DNA of 64,000 bases, taken from the NCBI GenBank assembly GCA_963728505.1, contig CAVSKH010000003.1:513352-577351 (forward strand). The letters are read 5' to 3'. The stretch is from an uncultured Actinomycetota bacterium. Its GTDB lineage: Bacteria > Actinomycetota > Actinomycetes > Propionibacteriales > Nocardioidaceae. The position numbers and the translations under genes are program-made. The notes under the pieces are model-generated. The model ran no database searches and was not told where the DNA came from. It worked only from the letters and a program-made list of their open reading frames with translations. Shown here in pieces: positions 44,593-53,737 of this stretch. Each line of letters starts with the position of its first letter. Position 1 is the first letter of the stretch.

Positions 44593-45573
44593 GTGCCTGG
44601 CGCTGTCCTGGTGACGGTGCCGATCCCCGAGCCCGGGCTGGAGATCCTGCGGGACGCCGTCGAGGTGACCCTCCTGGACCGGCGGCCCGACCGCGAGCAG
44701 CTGACCGAGCTGCTGGCGTCGGGCGCGTACGACGTCGTCGTCGCCCAGCTCACCGACCGGCTCGACGCCGAGGTGTTGGCCGAGGCGCGGATCCACGGAA
44801 TCGCCAACTACGCGGTGGGCGTCGACAACGTCGACATCGGTGCGGCGACGGAGCAGCAGATTCTTGTCACGAACACGCCAGGCGTGCTCACCGACTCGAC
44901 CGCTGACATCGCGATGCTGCTCATGCTGGCGACGGCACGCCGCGCGGTGGAGGGCGACCGGTTGGTCCGGGACGGCGGGTTCACCGGCTGGTCACCGGGC
45001 GACTTCCTCGGCACTGACGTGAGCGGCACCACGCTCGGCCTCGTCGGCCGGGGCCCGATCGCAACAGCGGTGGCACGCCGGGCCCACGGCTTCGGGATGA
45101 CCGTGCACTACTGCTCGGTGCGGCCCGGTGCTGAGCCGCGGGCAGGCGACCTCGACGGGCTCGGGACGTGGGTCGACTTCCCCGAGCTGATCGCCACCTG
45201 CGACATCGTGTCGCTGCACGTGCCGCTGACCGTTGCCAGCCACCACCTGGTCGATGCCGGCGCGCTCGGTCGGATGCAGTCCCACACCATCCTGGTGAAC
45301 ACCGCACGCGGCCCGGTCGTGGACGAAGCCGCGCTGGCCGGCGCGCTGCGCGAGGGGACCATCGCCGGGGCGGGACTCGATGTCTACGAGCACGAGCCCG
45401 AGGTGCACCCCGGCCTGCTCGAGCGCGACGACGTGGTGCTGCTCCCCCACGTCGGCAGCGCCACTCACACGGTCCGCTCCCGGATGGCCGAGATGTGTGC
45501 GCGCAACGCCGTCGCGATCGCGCATGGCGAGCGCCCGCCGCAACTGGTCAACCCAGAGGCCTGGCGCGCCTGA
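44593..45573 (+). CDS. D-isomer-specific 2-hydroxyacid dehydrogenase (glyoxylate/hydroxypyruvate reductase-like)
   Basis: Motifs: GLVGRGPIATAVARRA, LVNTARGPVVDE, LLPHVGSAT. Confidence 0.85.
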   Translation: MPGAVLVTVPIPEPGLEILRDAVEVTLLDRRPDREQLTELLASGAYDVVVAQLTDRLDAEVLAEARIHGIANYAVGVDNVDIGAATEQQILVTNTPGVLTDSTADIAMLLMLATARRAVEGDRLVRDGGFTGWSPGDFLGTDVSGTTLGLVGRGPIATAVARRAHGFGMTVHYCSVRPGAEPRAGDLDGLGTWVDFPELIATCDIVSLHVPLTVASHHLVDAGALGRMQSHTILVNTARGPVVDEAALAGALREGTIAGAGLDVYEHEPEVHPGLLERDDVVLLPHVGSATHTVRSRMAEMCARNAVAIAHGERPPQLVNPEAWRA

Positions 45574-45598
45574 AGCGGTTTCCACGGCTGGCAGCGGT

Positions 45599-48259
45599 TC
45601 ACCCTGTGTTGCGCAGTCCGGCGGCCACTCCGTTGACCGCCATCAGCAGCACCCGCCGCCACGAGGCCTGTGCCTCGGGGTCAGCGGCAACCCGCAGCTC
45701 TCGCAGCGCCCGCAGCTGGACCACCGACAGCGCGTCGACGTAGCGCGACCGCATCGCCACCCCAGCCTTGAGCGTCGGGTCGTGCTCGAGGAGCGTCTCC
45801 TGGTCGAGCACGTCGAGCAGCCAGGTGCGGGTGAGGTCCATCTCGGCCATCACCTGCCGCGTCAGGTCGGGGCGGTTGCCCAGGAAGAGGAACTGCTCGG
45901 CGAGGGCCCGGTCGGACTTGGCCAGGCTCATCTGCGCCACGTCGAGCATCGCCTCGAACAGTGGCCACTCGCGGGCAGCGGTCCGCAACAGCTCGACGTC
46001 GCCGACCGCGGCGAGTGCCGACCCCAGCCCGTACCAGCCCGGCACGTTGGCCCGGATCTGCGCCCAGGCGAACACCCAAGGAATCGCCCGCAGATCGGCC
46101 AGGTCGCGCCCCGAGGTCGCGCCGCTGCGGCGCACCGGGCGCGACCCCATCCGCAGCTCGCCGATCTCCTCCAACGGGCTGGACAGTGCCACGACGTCGG
46201 CGAACCCGGGGGTCTGCACCAGCTCGAGGTAGGTCGAGCGTGCGGCCTCGTCGAGCCGCTTGCCCAGATCGGCGAACCGTTCGGCCGCCTCGGCGTTGCG
46301 CTGCTCGATCTCCGGAGATGCCGCGCGCAGCACGGCGGAGGTGATCCGTTCGAGGTGTCGCTGTCCGATCATGACGTGGCCGTAGCGGGCGAACACCACT
46401 TCACCCTGCTCGGTCACCTTCAGGCGGTGGCTCACGGATCCGGGCGGCTGCGCGAGGATCGCGCGGTGCAGTGGGCCACCGCCCCGGCCCAAGGATCCGC
46501 CGCGTCCATGGAAGATGGTCAGAGTGACATCATTCTGAGACGCCCACGCCGCGAGGCGCTGCTGGGCGTCGTACAAACCCAGGGTCGCGCTGACCGGGCC
46601 CACGTCCTTGGACGAGTCGGAGTAGCCGACCATCACCTCCAACGCGCGATCGTTGGACTCGACCCACGCCCGCGTCGAGCCGAGCGCCCACCAGGCGTCG
46701 AGCACCTCCGTGCAGTGCGCCAGGTCGTTCCCGGTCTCGAAGAGCGGCACGACGTCGAGCCGGAGCGGGCGGTCACCCAGGGCCAACCGGGCGAGGGCAC
46801 GCACTGCCACCAGGTCGGCAGCGGTCCGGCTGAAGCTGACGACGTAACGTCCACAGCTGTGCGCCCCCCACCGCTCCTGGAGCCACCCCAGCACCCGCAA
46901 GGTGTTGAGCACCTCGCGGGCGAGATCGGTCCTCGGCTCGACGTGGTCGGGCCAGCCGTCGGTCGCGAGCCGGTCCAGCAGCTCGGCATCGCCCGTCGCA
47001 GCCGCCGGGTCCGTCACGTCGGGCACCTGCGCCAGCAGCTCGGTGAGGGTCTTGGAGTGCACCGAGCTGTGCTGGCGCACCTCCAGCTCGGCGAGGTGGA
47101 AGCCGAAGGTCTCCACCTGCCAGATCAGGTTCTGCAGCTCGCCGTACGCCGCTCGCAACGCCCCTGCCCGAGCCAGTGACGACTGCACCAGCCGCAGGTC
47201 CTCGAGCAGCTCGTCGGGACCGTGGTAGGCCGCACCCATGGTGCCGCGCCGGGTGGCCTCCAGCCGGACACCGGCGTGCAGCATCAGCTGCCGGTGAGGC
47301 TCGTCGGGAGAGGCGAGCGCGATGCCCTCCGCGCGGTCCGGGTCCACCACGGCAGCACGAGCCAGGGCGTCACGGAGCTCACGGCTCGGTGGGGTCGACG
47401 CGGCGTCCAGGGTCAAGGTGCGCCCCACCCGGTCGACCGCGGCCACCAGCGCTCGCAGCGCCTGCTCTGCCTGGATCCCGAGGGTCTGCCGGGTGACGTC
47501 GGCGGTGACGTAGGGGTTGCCGTCGCGGTCCCCCCCGATCCAGCTGCCGAAGCGCAGGAACGCCGGCACGACCGGCGCGGACACCCCGGGGTCCGAGCCA
47601 CCCAGCGCCCTCTCGACCGAGCGGTAGAGCCGTGGCACCGCGCGCAGCAAGGTGTCGTCGAAGACGCTCATCGCGGTGCGCACCTCGTCGTACGGCGTCG
47701 GGCGCGTGGTGCGCAGGTAGGCGGTGCGCCAGAGCACCTCGAGCTCCTCGCGGAGCCTGCGCATCGCCACCTCACGCTCGGGCTCCCCGCGCGAGGGGTC
47801 GTCGTACCGGTCGAGCTGGTGGTCGATCCTGCGCAGCGCCGAGGCAACGGCACGCCGCCGAGCCTCGGTCGGGTGCGCGGTCAGGACCGGATGCACCCGG
47901 AGCCGGTGCAGCGAGTCCAGGTCCACCTCACCGGCGCTCAGCGAGGGCCAGGACCCGTCCTCGGCGCCACCATCCTCACCCGCCAGGAACATCCGCACGC
48001 TGTGCCGCTCATCGGCGAGGTTGACCAGGTGGAAGTGGACGGTGAGCGCCTTGGCGACGACCTCGAGCTCGGTCGCGGTGAGGGACTCGGCGAGCGGGCC
48101 CAGCCGGCCCGGATCGGAGCCGCTCTCCGCGACCGTGCGCAGCAGCCGACTGGCGGTGCTGAGCACGTCGCCGGCCCCGGACTCCTCCAGCACGCGGTCC
48201 TGGAGCGAGGTGAGCAGCGTGACGTCGGCCTGGAATCGGTCGGCTCCGGCCTGGGTCAC
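45599..48259 (-). CDS. ppc: phosphoenolpyruvate carboxylase
   Basis: Motifs: VLTAHPTEARRR, GYSDSSKDVG, FHGRGGSLGRGGGP, C-terminal GLRNTG. 886 aa. Confidence 0.92.
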   Translation of the reverse strand: MTQAGADRFQADVTLLTSLQDRVLEESGAGDVLSTASRLLRTVAESGSDPGRLGPLAESLTATELEVVAKALTVHFHLVNLADERHSVRMFLAGEDGGAEDGSWPSLSAGEVDLDSLHRLRVHPVLTAHPTEARRRAVASALRRIDHQLDRYDDPSRGEPEREVAMRRLREELEVLWRTAYLRTTRPTPYDEVRTAMSVFDDTLLRAVPRLYRSVERALGGSDPGVSAPVVPAFLRFGSWIGGDRDGNPYVTADVTRQTLGIQAEQALRALVAAVDRVGRTLTLDAASTPPSRELRDALARAAVVDPDRAEGIALASPDEPHRQLMLHAGVRLEATRRGTMGAAYHGPDELLEDLRLVQSSLARAGALRAAYGELQNLIWQVETFGFHLAELEVRQHSSVHSKTLTELLAQVPDVTDPAAATGDAELLDRLATDGWPDHVEPRTDLAREVLNTLRVLGWLQERWGAHSCGRYVVSFSRTAADLVAVRALARLALGDRPLRLDVVPLFETGNDLAHCTEVLDAWWALGSTRAWVESNDRALEVMVGYSDSSKDVGPVSATLGLYDAQQRLAAWASQNDVTLTIFHGRGGSLGRGGGPLHRAILAQPPGSVSHRLKVTEQGEVVFARYGHVMIGQRHLERITSAVLRAASPEIEQRNAEAAERFADLGKRLDEAARSTYLELVQTPGFADVVALSSPLEEIGELRMGSRPVRRSGATSGRDLADLRAIPWVFAWAQIRANVPGWYGLGSALAAVGDVELLRTAAREWPLFEAMLDVAQMSLAKSDRALAEQFLFLGNRPDLTRQVMAEMDLTRTWLLDVLDQETLLEHDPTLKAGVAMRSRYVDALSVVQLRALRELRVAADPEAQASWRRVLLMAVNGVAAGLRNTG

Positions 48260-48618
48260 CAGGGCACCGTCGCCTGCAGCACCGCCTCCTGCAGCGCCTC
48301 GGTGCGGTGCCGCGTGACCTCGTGGTACTCGGGGTCGGCCACCATCTGGCTGAACGCCTGCCGCGAGGGATACCTCACCAGCAGCACGGCGTCCCAGGCC
48401 TGGCCGTCCTCGGCCACCAGTGCCGTGGCGCCGTCGCCGGCGTAGAGCACCGAGGCGCCGTACCGCGGGAGGAACGTCTCCTCCAGCGCGCGGGCGTACG
48501 TCGCGTAGCTCTCCCGCCCACCCTCGGCGAACCGCAGCAGGTTGAGCATCACCACAGGCCCGCCCGGGTCCTCCTCCAGGTAGCGCTTGAGGTCGGCACC
48601 GCGGGGATCAACAGCCAT
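48256..48618 (-). CDS. DUF1330 domain protein
   Basis: PVVMLNLLRF ... dimeric alpha-beta-barrel-like, 120 aa. Its stop overlaps the ppc start (GTGA). Confidence 0.7.
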   Translation of the reverse strand: MAVDPRGADLKRYLEEDPGGPVVMLNLLRFAEGGRESYATYARALEETFLPRYGASVLYAGDGATALVAEDGQAWDAVLLVRYPSRQAFSQMVADPEYHEVTRHRTEALQEAVLQATVPW

Positions 48619-48654
48619 GCCTCGATCCTGGCACAGACCGCCGCAGGCCCTCAG

Positions 48655-49359
48655 CTAGGTCCGGGCGGCCCGTCGGCGCAGCAGCACGTCGGCACCCCAG
48701 AAGGCAGCCGCGACAACCGCCCCGACGAGCAGGATGAGTCCCAGGGTCACCGCGACGGGGGCGTAACCCAGGTCGGCGACGTTGGTGAAGCCGTAGGGAT
48801 AGGCGTCGATCACCGCACCCCGAGCCAGCATCCAGACGATCCACAGCAGCGGCACGATCAGCGCGGCGGGCACCAGGCGGGCGCTGACCCAGCCGCGAGG
48901 CCCCCACACCGCCCACACCACGACGGTGAGGAGCGGGGTGATGACGTGCAGGATCGGGTCTGTCAGGTTGGACCAGCCGACGACGTCGATGCTCGGGGCC
49001 AGCAGCACCTGGTAGACGATCGCGGTGATGGTGATCATCAGCAGGCCGTCCAGGCGCAGCACGCGTCGCAGCCAGGTGTCCTCGAGCGGTCGTCTCGCGA
49101 GCGAGGTCAGCGAGACCGCCACGACCACGTTGGACCAGACCGTGAAGTAGCTCAAGCTGTCACCCAGTCGCGAGACCACGCCCGAGAGACCGTCGCCGGT
49201 GTCGCCGTAGAGCCCGGGCTCGGGCGGCTCGGCGCTGTACCAGCCGAGGCCCGACAGCAGGAGCGTCAGGACCACCCCGGTCCAGGCGATGCCGGCGTTG
49301 ACCCCCCACGCCGTGCGGGCGGCGCGGGAGGGCTCGGTCACGCTCCCAGTGTGGCGCAC
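48655..49359 (-). CDS. integral membrane protein (six-TM, Pr6Pr-like)
   Basis: About six hydrophobic segments and Trp-rich loops. The start is uncertain (49359 or GTG at 49341). Confidence 0.6.
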   Translation of the reverse strand: MRHTGSVTEPSRAARTAWGVNAGIAWTGVVLTLLLSGLGWYSAEPPEPGLYGDTGDGLSGVVSRLGDSLSYFTVWSNVVVAVSLTSLARRPLEDTWLRRVLRLDGLLMITITAIVYQVLLAPSIDVVGWSNLTDPILHVITPLLTVVVWAVWGPRGWVSARLVPAALIVPLLWIVWMLARGAVIDAYPYGFTNVADLGYAPVAVTLGLILLVGAVVAAAFWGADVLLRRRAART

Positions 49360-49537
49360 CGCGGGCGATCACCCCTGATGTGGCTTTTGTCGCAGCGACG
49401 GGAGCCCCACGCTGAGAGATCCGTTGCGCCCTTGGGTCACACTGGAGTCCGTCACCGATGAAATGGGTGGCGTCGGTTGGTCTACCTCCACGAAGATTCT
49501 GGTCGCGGCGCAACCCAGGGGCGAAAGCAGGCACGTC

Positions 49538-51658
49538 ATGCACACTCAGATCGCAGGCAGGCTGACCGGTCGGTTCACCAAGTGGTTGGTCCTTGTCTTC
49601 TGGCTGATCGCCTTGGCAGTGGGTGGCAGCTTCGCCTCCAAGCTGATCGACGTCCAGAACAACGAGGCGTCCTCCTGGCTGCCCGCCACGGCAGAGTCGA
49701 CGCGGGCGCTGGAGAAGCTCACGCCGTTCTACGACCCCGACACGATCCCCACGGTCGTGGCCTACGAGCGGGAGTCCGGCCTCACGCCCGACGACCTCGC
49801 CGCGGGCAAGGCGCAGGCCGAGGAGTTCGCCGGTCTGGACGGAGTGGAAGGCAAGGTCGTCGGGCCGATCCCGTCGCAGGACGGCCAGGCGATGCAGACG
49901 GTGGTGACCTTCAACTTCGGCGCCAACGGCTGGATGGAGATGCCGCAGACCGCCGAGGAGCTTCGCGGGATGGCGCAGATCGACGGCGTGACGACCTACG
50001 TCACCGGGGCCGGCGGTCAGGCTGCGGACCAGTCCGAGGTGTTCGAGGGCATCGACGGCACGTTGCTCCTCTCCGCGCTCAGCGTGGTCATCGTGATCCT
50101 GCTCTTCACCTACCGCAGTCCGGTGCTCTGGATGCTGCCCATCATCAGCGCCGTGGTCGCCCTGATGGTGTCCCAGGGCCTGATCTACTTCCTGGCCAAG
50201 GACGCCGGTCTCACGGTCAACGGGCAGAGCCAGGCGATCCTCTCGATCCTCGTGATCGGGTCGGGCACCGACTACGCCCTGCTGCTCGTCGCGCGATACC
50301 GCGAGGAGCTGCGACGACATGGGGACCGCCACGAGGCGATGGCTTTCGCCCTGCACCGAGCCACGCCCGCGATCCTTGCCAGCGCCGCCACGGTCGTGGT
50401 CGGCATGCTGTGCCTGCTCTTCGCCGAGATGAACTCCACCGCAGGTCTGGGGCCCGTGGCCGCCATCGGTATCGCGGTGACCTTCCTGGTCATGGTGACC
50501 CTGCTGCCGGCGCTGCTGGTGATCACGGGCCGTTGGGTCTTCTGGCCCAAGCGCCCGTCCTACGGCACGCCGGAGCCGACGCAGACCGGGTTCTGGGCTC
50601 GCGTCGCCGAGCGGATCAGCGTTCGGCCACGCAGGGTGTGGGTGATCACCACCGCGGTGCTGGCCATCGCCTGTCTCGGCGTGCTGCGGCTGGACAACTC
50701 GGGCCTGGCAACTGAGGACCAGTACACCGCGGAGGTCGAGTCCGTCGAGGGCCAGCAGATGCTCGCCGAGCACGGACTGGCCGACGCCAGCAACACCCTT
50801 CAGGTGGTTGCGGACGCCGACCAGGCGCAGGCGGTGCGCGCGGCCATGACTGGTGTCGAGGGAGTCGGGCAACCCGCAGAACCCGTGGTTCAAGATGGTC
50901 TGGCCTACCTGGAGGCGCCCCTGGACGGGGACGTCGCGGCCCAGTCGACCTTCGATGCGGTCGAGCAGGTCCGCGACCAGGTGCACGCTGTCCCGGATGC
51001 CGACGCACTGGTCGGTGGCTGGTCGGCGATCTTCCTGGACACGTTGGACGCCTCGGGTCGCGACACGTTGGTGATCATCCCGATCGTCCTGCTCATGGTG
51101 CTGCTCATCCTGGTCGCACTGCTGCGGGCGCTGGTTGCTCCGCTGTTCCTGCTCGCCACGGTGGTCCTGTCGTTCGGCGCGGCTCTCGGGCTGGCGACGC
51201 TGCTGTTCGAGTTCGTCTTCGGCTTCGAGGGGGTCGATCCCTCCTTCCCGTTGTTCGTCTTCGTCTTCCTGGTCGCGCTCGGCATCGACTACAACATCTT
51301 CTTGATGACGCGGGTGCGGGAGGAGACCATGCGCCGCGGCACCCGGCGCGGCTCGGTCGTGGCCCTGGCCTCCACCGGAGGCGTGATCACCTCGGCCGGT
51401 CTGGTGCTGGCCGCGACGTTCCTCGTGCTCGGGTCGATCCCGTTGGTGTTCCTGGCGGAGCTGGGTGTGACGGTGGCGCTGGGCATCCTGCTCGACACGA
51501 TGATCGTCCGCTCGGTCCTGGTCACCGCGCTCAACCTCGATCTCGGTCAGCGCATCTGGTGGCCGAGCCGGCTGGCCAAGCAGGACGAGAGCGCCCTCAC
51601 CCCGCAGCCCGACCCCTGGGAGCTCGAGCACTCCGAGCGTGAGCTCGTCCGCGACTGA
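49538..51658 (+). CDS. MMPL family (RND superfamily) transporter
   Basis: Start at MHTQIAGRLTGRFTKWLVLVFWL. Two 6-TM bundles with large loops. Motifs GTDYALLLVARYREEL and GIDYNIFLMTRVREE. Confidence 0.85.
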   Translation: MHTQIAGRLTGRFTKWLVLVFWLIALAVGGSFASKLIDVQNNEASSWLPATAESTRALEKLTPFYDPDTIPTVVAYERESGLTPDDLAAGKAQAEEFAGLDGVEGKVVGPIPSQDGQAMQTVVTFNFGANGWMEMPQTAEELRGMAQIDGVTTYVTGAGGQAADQSEVFEGIDGTLLLSALSVVIVILLFTYRSPVLWMLPIISAVVALMVSQGLIYFLAKDAGLTVNGQSQAILSILVIGSGTDYALLLVARYREELRRHGDRHEAMAFALHRATPAILASAATVVVGMLCLLFAEMNSTAGLGPVAAIGIAVTFLVMVTLLPALLVITGRWVFWPKRPSYGTPEPTQTGFWARVAERISVRPRRVWVITTAVLAIACLGVLRLDNSGLATEDQYTAEVESVEGQQMLAEHGLADASNTLQVVADADQAQAVRAAMTGVEGVGQPAEPVVQDGLAYLEAPLDGDVAAQSTFDAVEQVRDQVHAVPDADALVGGWSAIFLDTLDASGRDTLVIIPIVLLMVLLILVALLRALVAPLFLLATVVLSFGAALGLATLLFEFVFGFEGVDPSFPLFVFVFLVALGIDYNIFLMTRVREETMRRGTRRGSVVALASTGGVITSAGLVLAATFLVLGSIPLVFLAELGVTVALGILLDTMIVRSVLVTALNLDLGQRIWWPSRLAKQDESALTPQPDPWELEHSERELVRD

Positions 51659-51768
51659 CCACCGCCGACTCGCAACGTGACGTGCAACACCCACGGACCC
51701 ACCCGTACGTGGGTTGAGCGCGGCGACGAGGTCGGCTTGGCTGGCCGCATGACGACGATGACGGGCCG

Positions 51769-52212
51769 GTGCTGTCGATGAGCGAGGTCCAGCGAGTGAT
51801 CGAGGCCAGCCCGGAGCAGGTGTGGCAGGTCCTGTCCGACGGCTGGCTCTACCCGTTGTGGGTGGTGGGCGCGACGCGGATGCGCGAGGTCGATGGGGAC
51901 TGGCCGCAGGAGGGCGCGAAGCTGCACCACTCCGTCGGAGTGTGGCCGGCGGTGGTTGACGACGACACCGAGGTGGTCGAGAGCAGCCCGCCCGGCCTGC
52001 TCCGGCTGCAGGCGCGAGCCTGGCCCTCCGGTGAGGCCCGAGTGGCTCTGCACCTGGAGCCGCACGGTGGTGGCACCTTGGTGCGGATCCAGGAGGAGCT
52101 CTCCCGTGGTCCCGGTCGCCTGGTGCCCGGGCCGGTGCGCCGGCTCGGCCTGCGCTGGCGCAACGTGGAGTCGTTGCGGCGGCTCGCCTTCATCGCCGAG
52201 CGACGCACCTGA
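51769..52212 (+). CDS. SRPBCC family protein (polyketide cyclase/dehydrase-like)
   Basis: VIEASPEQVWQVLSDGWLYPLWV ... 147 aa. ATG at 51778 is an alternative start. Confidence 0.7.
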   Translation: MLSMSEVQRVIEASPEQVWQVLSDGWLYPLWVVGATRMREVDGDWPQEGAKLHHSVGVWPAVVDDDTEVVESSPPGLLRLQARAWPSGEARVALHLEPHGGGTLVRIQEELSRGPGRLVPGPVRRLGLRWRNVESLRRLAFIAERRT

Positions 52213-52339
52213 CCTGCTGCGCGGCCGTCCCCGGCCACCGGACCCACCTCTTGTCAGCCCTCGGGCACGAGCTCGGCGAGGAGGTTCTCCACCCTGGCGC
52301 GGATCGCGTCGCGGATCGGCCGCACCGCCTCGGTGCCTT

Positions 52340-52618
52340 GCACCGACCGCGCAGCGGATCGCCCCGGGTGCGATCGAGGTCGCGACCCGACGAGGTCTCC
52401 CGCTCCCTCGGATCCGGCCTCGCACCCTGACCGGCGTCGAGGCCGGGGACCTGGTCGTGACCGTCTGCGACCTCGCGCACGAGGAGCCGACCGTGCCCGG
52501 CGAGCTGCACTGGTCCCTCCCCGATCCTGTCCGAGTGGGCACCCCTGAGGCGTTCGACGCGGCGTACGACGAGCTCGAGATCCGGGTCACCGCCCTCGCG
52601 TCCCGCCTTGCATCCTGA
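52340..52618 (+). pseudogene. C-terminal fragment of a low-molecular-weight phosphatase/ArsC-like gene (no CX5R N-terminus, no start)
   Basis: The frame reads PGAIEVATRRGLPL...AGDLVVTVCDLAHEEPTVPGELHWSLPDPV...AFDAAYDELEIRVTAL. No upstream P-loop or start codon. A second short tail-like fragment (IRDAIRARVENLLAEL) lies on the minus strand at about 52254-52345. Confidence 0.3.
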
Positions 52619-52697
52619 CCCTCGAGCGAGACCCGCGCTCACGACCTCCGTAGGCTCGTCGGACTGAAGCCGAGCAGGTCGAGGATCGGAGCACCCC

Positions 52698-53105
52698 GTG
52701 GGCACCTTCCGCCAGGCAGTCGAGGCAGGCGACATCGATGCTGTCGCGGGGATGCTGGCCGACGACGTGGTCTTCCACAGTCCGGTCGCGTTCAAGCCCT
52801 ACCGCGGCAAGCCGATCACCACAGCCATCCTTCGCGGCGTGATCGAGGTGTTCCAGGACTTCCACTACCTCCGCGAGATCCAGAACACCGACGGGATGGA
52901 CCATGTGCTCGTCTTCGAGGCCGAGGTGGACGACCTCGCGGTCACCGGGTGTGACCTGCTGCGCTACGACTCCGACGGCAAGATCATCGACTTCATGGTG
53001 ATGGTCCGCCCGCTCCGGGCCGCCGAGGCTCTCGCCGCACGGATGGGCGAGAAGTTCGAGCAGATCCAGGCCGAGGCACTGGCCGCCTCTGGCGCCCAGG
53101 ACTGA
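52698..53105 (+). CDS. SnoaL/NTF2-like fold protein
   Basis: FRQAVEAGDIDAVAGMLADDVVFHSP ... 135 aa. GTG start. Confidence 0.65.
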   Translation: MGTFRQAVEAGDIDAVAGMLADDVVFHSPVAFKPYRGKPITTAILRGVIEVFQDFHYLREIQNTDGMDHVLVFEAEVDDLAVTGCDLLRYDSDGKIIDFMVMVRPLRAAEALAARMGEKFEQIQAEALAASGAQD

Positions 53106-53151
53106 AACGCGCGACAGGCATCCGGACCGCGACACGGGGTACTCATCGGAC

Positions 53152-53694
53152 ATGACCGAGAAGCCGGAGAGCGACGACGTCGAGCGGAGGGACAGCTCGG
53201 GCCCCCGGTTCGTGGTCCAGCGACACGACGCCAGCAGCCTGCACTTCGACGTGCGCCTGGAGATCGACGGTGTCCTGGTCTCCTGGGCGGTCCCGAAGGG
53301 CCCGTCGCTGGACCCCTCCGACAAGCGACTGGCCCGTCGCACGGAGGACCACGCCCTGGACTACGCCGACTTCGAGGGCCGCATCGAGCAGGGGTACGGC
53401 GCGGGCACCGTGATCGTGTGGGACACCGGTCCCTTCGACAACCTGACCGAGAAGGACGGTGAGCAGGTGCCGCTGGCGCAGGCGCTCGCCCACGGTCACC
53501 TCAAGGTCGACCTGCACGGGGAGAAGCTGACCGGAGCCTTCGCCCTCACTCACACCAGGATGGGCGGCGACGACTCGAGCTGGTTGCTGCTCAAGGTCGA
53601 TGACGCCGCCGCCGACGCTCGCCGCCGGCCGACCTCGACGCAGAACGAGTCCGTGCTCAGCGGCAGGACCAACGAGGACCTCGAGAACGACTAG
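53152..53694 (+). CDS. stand-alone LigD-type 3'-phosphoesterase domain protein
   Basis: Motifs: RFVVQRHDASSLHFDVRLE, SWAVPKGPS, EDHALDY, YGAGTVIVWD, LHGEKLTGAFAL. Confidence 0.8.
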   Translation: MTEKPESDDVERRDSSGPRFVVQRHDASSLHFDVRLEIDGVLVSWAVPKGPSLDPSDKRLARRTEDHALDYADFEGRIEQGYGAGTVIVWDTGPFDNLTEKDGEQVPLAQALAHGHLKVDLHGEKLTGAFALTHTRMGGDDSSWLLLKVDDAAADARRRPTSTQNESVLSGRTNEDLEND

Positions 53695-53737
53695 GTAGAC
53701 CCGGGTTGGTGCTGCGCGGCTGTTCGGCGGATCGGGC

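Noticed and set aside
49160-51694. 844-aa minus-strand ORF opposite the MMPL gene
   Set aside because: It is an Arg/Asp/His/Gly/Gln-rich shadow. The plus strand encodes a clear MMPL transporter.
51697-51714. Inverted repeat acccac-ccgtac-gtgggt about 40 nt after the MMPL stop
   Set aside because: It has only a 6-bp stem and no U-tract, which is too weak to list as a terminator.
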